From the human T2T-CHM13v2.0 reference genome, Homo sapiens, in NCBI RefSeq assembly GCF_009914755.1, contig NC_060933.1: a stretch of DNA of 64,000 nucleotides; one strand, 5' to 3'. Shown here one piece after another: positions 59,305-64,000 of the stretch. Below the pieces are notes generated by a model. It was not told the DNA's origin, searched no databases, and saw only the letters and a list, made by a program, of their open reading frames with translations. Numbering within the stretch: position 1 is the stretch's first letter; every line of letters begins with the position of its first letter. The position numbers and the translations under genes were made by a program.

Positions 59305-59647
<343 letters not shown>

Positions 59648-60374
59648 GAAATGCTTGCTTTCCAATCTGTCCCTTCGATTTGTTTTTGTGCATGTGTGTG
59701 TGTGTAAATTAGATACACATACATGTATGTATACACACACAAACATACACACATATGTATACATTCACAAGTATATACATGCGCACATATATACACACAC
59801 AATCAAAATTGGCTGTGATACTTATTTTAAAATATATGTTTGTATATCACAGTCATTTTGTACAATGAGTAAAAATGTTTCTGTATTAATCCTAAGCTTT
59901 TTCAGATTATGAAAGGTTGTGATCTTTATTCTGTGCTTAAATTTGTGAATTAACATAGACATGACTGTGGACATAATTTCAACTAGAGAATTTGGGGAGA
60001 GGAGAGGCTTTCTCGGTCAATTTGGGGCAAAATGATGTCTTTACAATACTGAGTCTTTCAATCTATAAACACAGCCCATCTCTCCATTTACCAGGTCTTC
60101 TTCAGCCTCTCTCAGGAGAGTTGTTTACCTTTTCAATGTATTACATTGAAATATATGCTTTTAAATTCTGCACCTAGAAATTCACTTTCAACAATTATGA
60201 AAGGCATTTTATATTCACATTCATTACATGTAATCTGAGATGGTGAATCCCAAGATGTTACAGGAATTCGTACATGTCATCGTTGGTGAAGTTTATTTAC
60301 AAGTTATTTAAATATTTTACAGTTTAGGGTTTTTGCTTGGTTGGGACATTCTTCAGTACTGTTCTTCACCATTC

Positions 60375-60717
<343 letters not shown>

Positions 60718-60896
60718 TAAGGGAATATAGGTTGGAAGGCCAGCCATCCATTACAGGCTTCTGAAGACACATTGCCACTCTGTGGCAGGTATTTCCGTGG
60801 GACTGTTTCCACAGGGGGATTATGCTTCACAGGATAAGATTATCTAGAAGTGAGGCATTTTGGAAAGTTTCTTGTGTGTTATGATTTCTGTTGCAG

Positions 60897-61106
60897 AGTT
60901 GTGAAAACCGTGGCTGTGAAAATACTGAAAAACGAGGCCAATGACCCCGCTCTTAAAGATGAGTTATTAGCAGAAGCAAATGTCATGCAGCAGCTGGACA
61001 ACCCGTACATCGTGCGGATGATCGGGATATGCGAGGCCGAGTCCTGGATGCTGGTTATGGAGATGGCAGAACTTGGTCCCCTCAATAAGTATTTGCAGCA
61101 GAACAG
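60897..61106 (+). CDS. SYK: SYK exon 10 (210 nt): kinase N-lobe, VAVK (K402), alphaC, hinge
   Basis: Acceptor ttctgttgcag|A; [41 protein letters not shown]...LNKYLQQN(R); donor AG|gtattg, phase 2. Confidence 0.99.
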
Positions 61107-62042
61107 GTATTGTCAGGTGCCCCCACACATCTGGAAGCTATCCCCTAAGGGACAGGGCCCACCCCTGGATGGGCCGAGCAGCCTGATTTCCTTGGGAAGC
61201 CTTCCCACCCTCCTGTGCCTTCCTTTATTGGTCCATACTCAGGGACCTTGACAGAGGGACAGGGAGACATAGTCTTTGGATTCAGCTCTGTTAGCTCTAG
61301 TTGTTCAGAGAAGAACTCATTTGACAGTTTTGTCTTTTTTTTCTTCCTGTAGTCATTCAGTCTTGGCCTAGTGATAGACTCAGCCTCAGAATATCTTGAC
61401 ATGGAATCTCCTTTCTCACTGGGAAGAACACTTTCTTTTTAAAGAAACATTTTAAATAAATGCTTTTCTAAGAGGTGACAGTTAAGTCTTATCTGTTTGG
61501 CTGACCTTATGTTCTCATGAGTGATGACTTCTGAAAATACCAATCACTGCTAATTGATTACATCCATCAAGGGAGTAATTGTGTTCTTCTCATCTAAAGC
61601 TGTTGTTGAGATGAAGAAACTCACTTGGAGTAAGACAGAATGATGGCCACCGAGGAGCTTGCCTCATTTGCTGTGCTACGTTTGTACTTAGATTGTCTCT
61701 TTAGTCTCCATGGAAGGGAGGTGTTCTTACCCTGACTTTGTAGGTGAGAAACTGATTCTCAGGGTTAGTTCTGTGACCTGTGTGATACTGGAACAAGGAT
61801 TTGAGGTGGTGCCTGGCTATCTGTGAGCCAGGCCTGACTACTCTGTTATACTGCTTTTCTTGCAATTCCAAGCATGCCAGGAAACTCAATCCCATTGAAC
61901 ACCAGGAGAATATGGCATTGAGTCCTGAAGAGCTATATGCTAACAAAGTTATTTGTCACCACTCGTGAGTTTTGTTGTTTAAGAAGAGGGAAGGAGTAGA
62001 TTCACCCACTGCCTGCGTGAGGAGCATGGTTGTTTGTTGTGA

Positions 62043-62291
<249 letters not shown>

Positions 62292-64000
62292 TAGCTAATA
62301 TTCAGAGCAGCAGGTGGTAAAAAATGCAAGATAAATGTACGTTTTCTTTATTTTATTATTGGTATGGTTTCAAAAAGCAGTTTTGCTACTGAAAAATAAC
62401 TATGTAAGATATGTTCTTATAATCTTTGATTTTACTGTTTAAAAAATAAAAATAATATCACACCTTGAGATTTACTCAAAGTAGTATATTCTAAATTATG
62501 TTTCATGGAATGATCAGGAATCGAGGTATTAAGTGAAGATTTGTTTTGAAAAAAGAAGAATGGGATTCCTTCATTAAGTTAATTTGAAAAGTTTGCATTG
62601 GACAGCTTGATTCTTGCAGGATTTCCCCGAAGCCCTTTTCATGCTACTTAACATTACGAATCTCAGTAGAGGGTTTACTGCACTGCATTTCTCAAACCAG
62701 ATTCATCCATGGCATCCTTTTCTGATAGGACATTTCATAACATGTGGTGGAACACTGTCCCACAGCATGGAGCTATTGGAGCTTGGAGCTCCAGTACTGC
62801 AGTTCAGAGCTCCAATATTGCAGCTTGGAGCTATTCCAAAATAACTTTCTAATGAACACCTACCTATACATGCAAAAGTTAGAAAGTGAAGATTTACCAA
62901 ATAAACTCGTCATCTGTGTATGTCCACTACATATGTAGAAATTGTTCTATTGGCTTAACTGGTATCCAGAAGAGTTGAAGTGTCAAAAAATAGATGCAGT
63001 GCTGGAAAGAAGAGATCTAGATAGTTATGTGACTGAAGCTAAAAGAAATATGCCCCTTGGTTTGGTGAGGCAGAGATTATCAAGAATTAAGGGTGGACTT
63101 CCAGCAAAACATAAAGTAGAAACTAGTTCTGGGTGCAGGTTTGGACTTCCTAAAAAATAATTTCACAGTGACCAATCCCCTTGCTAATATAACTTGACCC
63201 CTCTCTGAACCCTCAAATGAACCAATAACAACTAAAAGAAGAAAAGATAAGAAAGCTCTATCTTCATATTAACTCATCTGTGGTGTATACCTAGGGTCTA
63301 TGTTAACCAACTGGAAAACGTGATGGCACCAATCCCACTGAGTCAAAGAGGGTGCCGAAGGCAGGTTAACAACCCTGCTAGTCTCTGGTGAAGTCCACAT
63401 GCTCAGAAATAGATGGCAGACCTTCAAAATCTACCTAGTGGGTGGCAGATAGGATCCTGTGTTTCATGCCCTGCAGTGGTCAGAGACCCCACCCTGAGTG
63501 ACAATACCCACCCACTCACCTTTCCCTAAGAGGCAGTCCATGGACTGGTAGGTGATGGGGAATGGTGGACCTCGGCCAGCAAAGGGACTGCATGAAGGGT
63601 AAGCCACAAGAGCCAAGCTCCCAGGCAGGCAGGCAGACTCCACCATCTTGAGCACAAAGGCCAGGCGAGAGTACAGCAGGGGTCAGGCTGGCCCTCCTCA
63701 CCCCATTCTTCACACAGTAGCTTCCCAGAAGGAAGCCCCTTCAGAGGTGAACCACTGTGAGAAAGGCATCAGCATGGGCCTGGATAGAAATAGCAGGGAA
63801 ACAGAGCAATGAAGACAGCAGCCTAGGATGACCAGCATGGGACATGCTGGAGAAAGAAGCCTGTTGTAATGCTGGATGTACCTCATCATGATCATTACAG
63901 AAAAGAAGACAGCCTGTCTGAAACAAGGACACAGAGGAGATAGAGAAAATGAAACATGAATGCTGGGCACCTTATCCACTGCTGTATAACAAATCACCCC

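Noticed and set aside
62768-62835. Vector polylinker contamination (SacI/ScaI/PstI/SspI-like sites)
   Set aside because: The sites arise from internal duplication of one motif, and no vector sequence flanks them.

Overview
Primate genomic DNA, almost certainly human, covering most of the SYK (spleen tyrosine kinase) gene on the + strand. It holds ~27 kb of intron 1, then coding exons 2-11 (codons 1-527: N-SH2, interdomain A, C-SH2, interdomain B with the 69-nt SYK(L)/SYK(S) cassette exon, and the kinase domain up to activation-loop Y525/Y526). The main promoter/exon 1 and the last coding exons lie outside the window. All ten exons have GT-AG boundaries and splice into one open 1581-nt frame. 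The rest is intronic: a full-length THE1-type MaLR provirus nested in a MER82, L1 fragments, about a dozen Alus, DNA-transposon fossils, microsatellites and a 1.9-kb TG-rich array. I see no RNA gene, CRISPR array, second gene or new multi-gene system. The best unexplained leads are regulatory or splicing hypotheses: (1) a phase-matched, stop-free 177-nt candidate cassette exon in intron 3, with its acceptor in one copy of a 40-bp tandem duplication; (2) a compact E-box/NF-kB/EBF1/NF-kB palindrome in intron 1; (3) a THE1 provirus whose 5' LTR has lost its poly(A) signal; (4) inverted Alus bracketing cassette exon 7; (5) a 5'-inverted half-Alu. Repeat subfamily names come from recalled consensus sequences and repeat boundaries are approximate; no database search was run.
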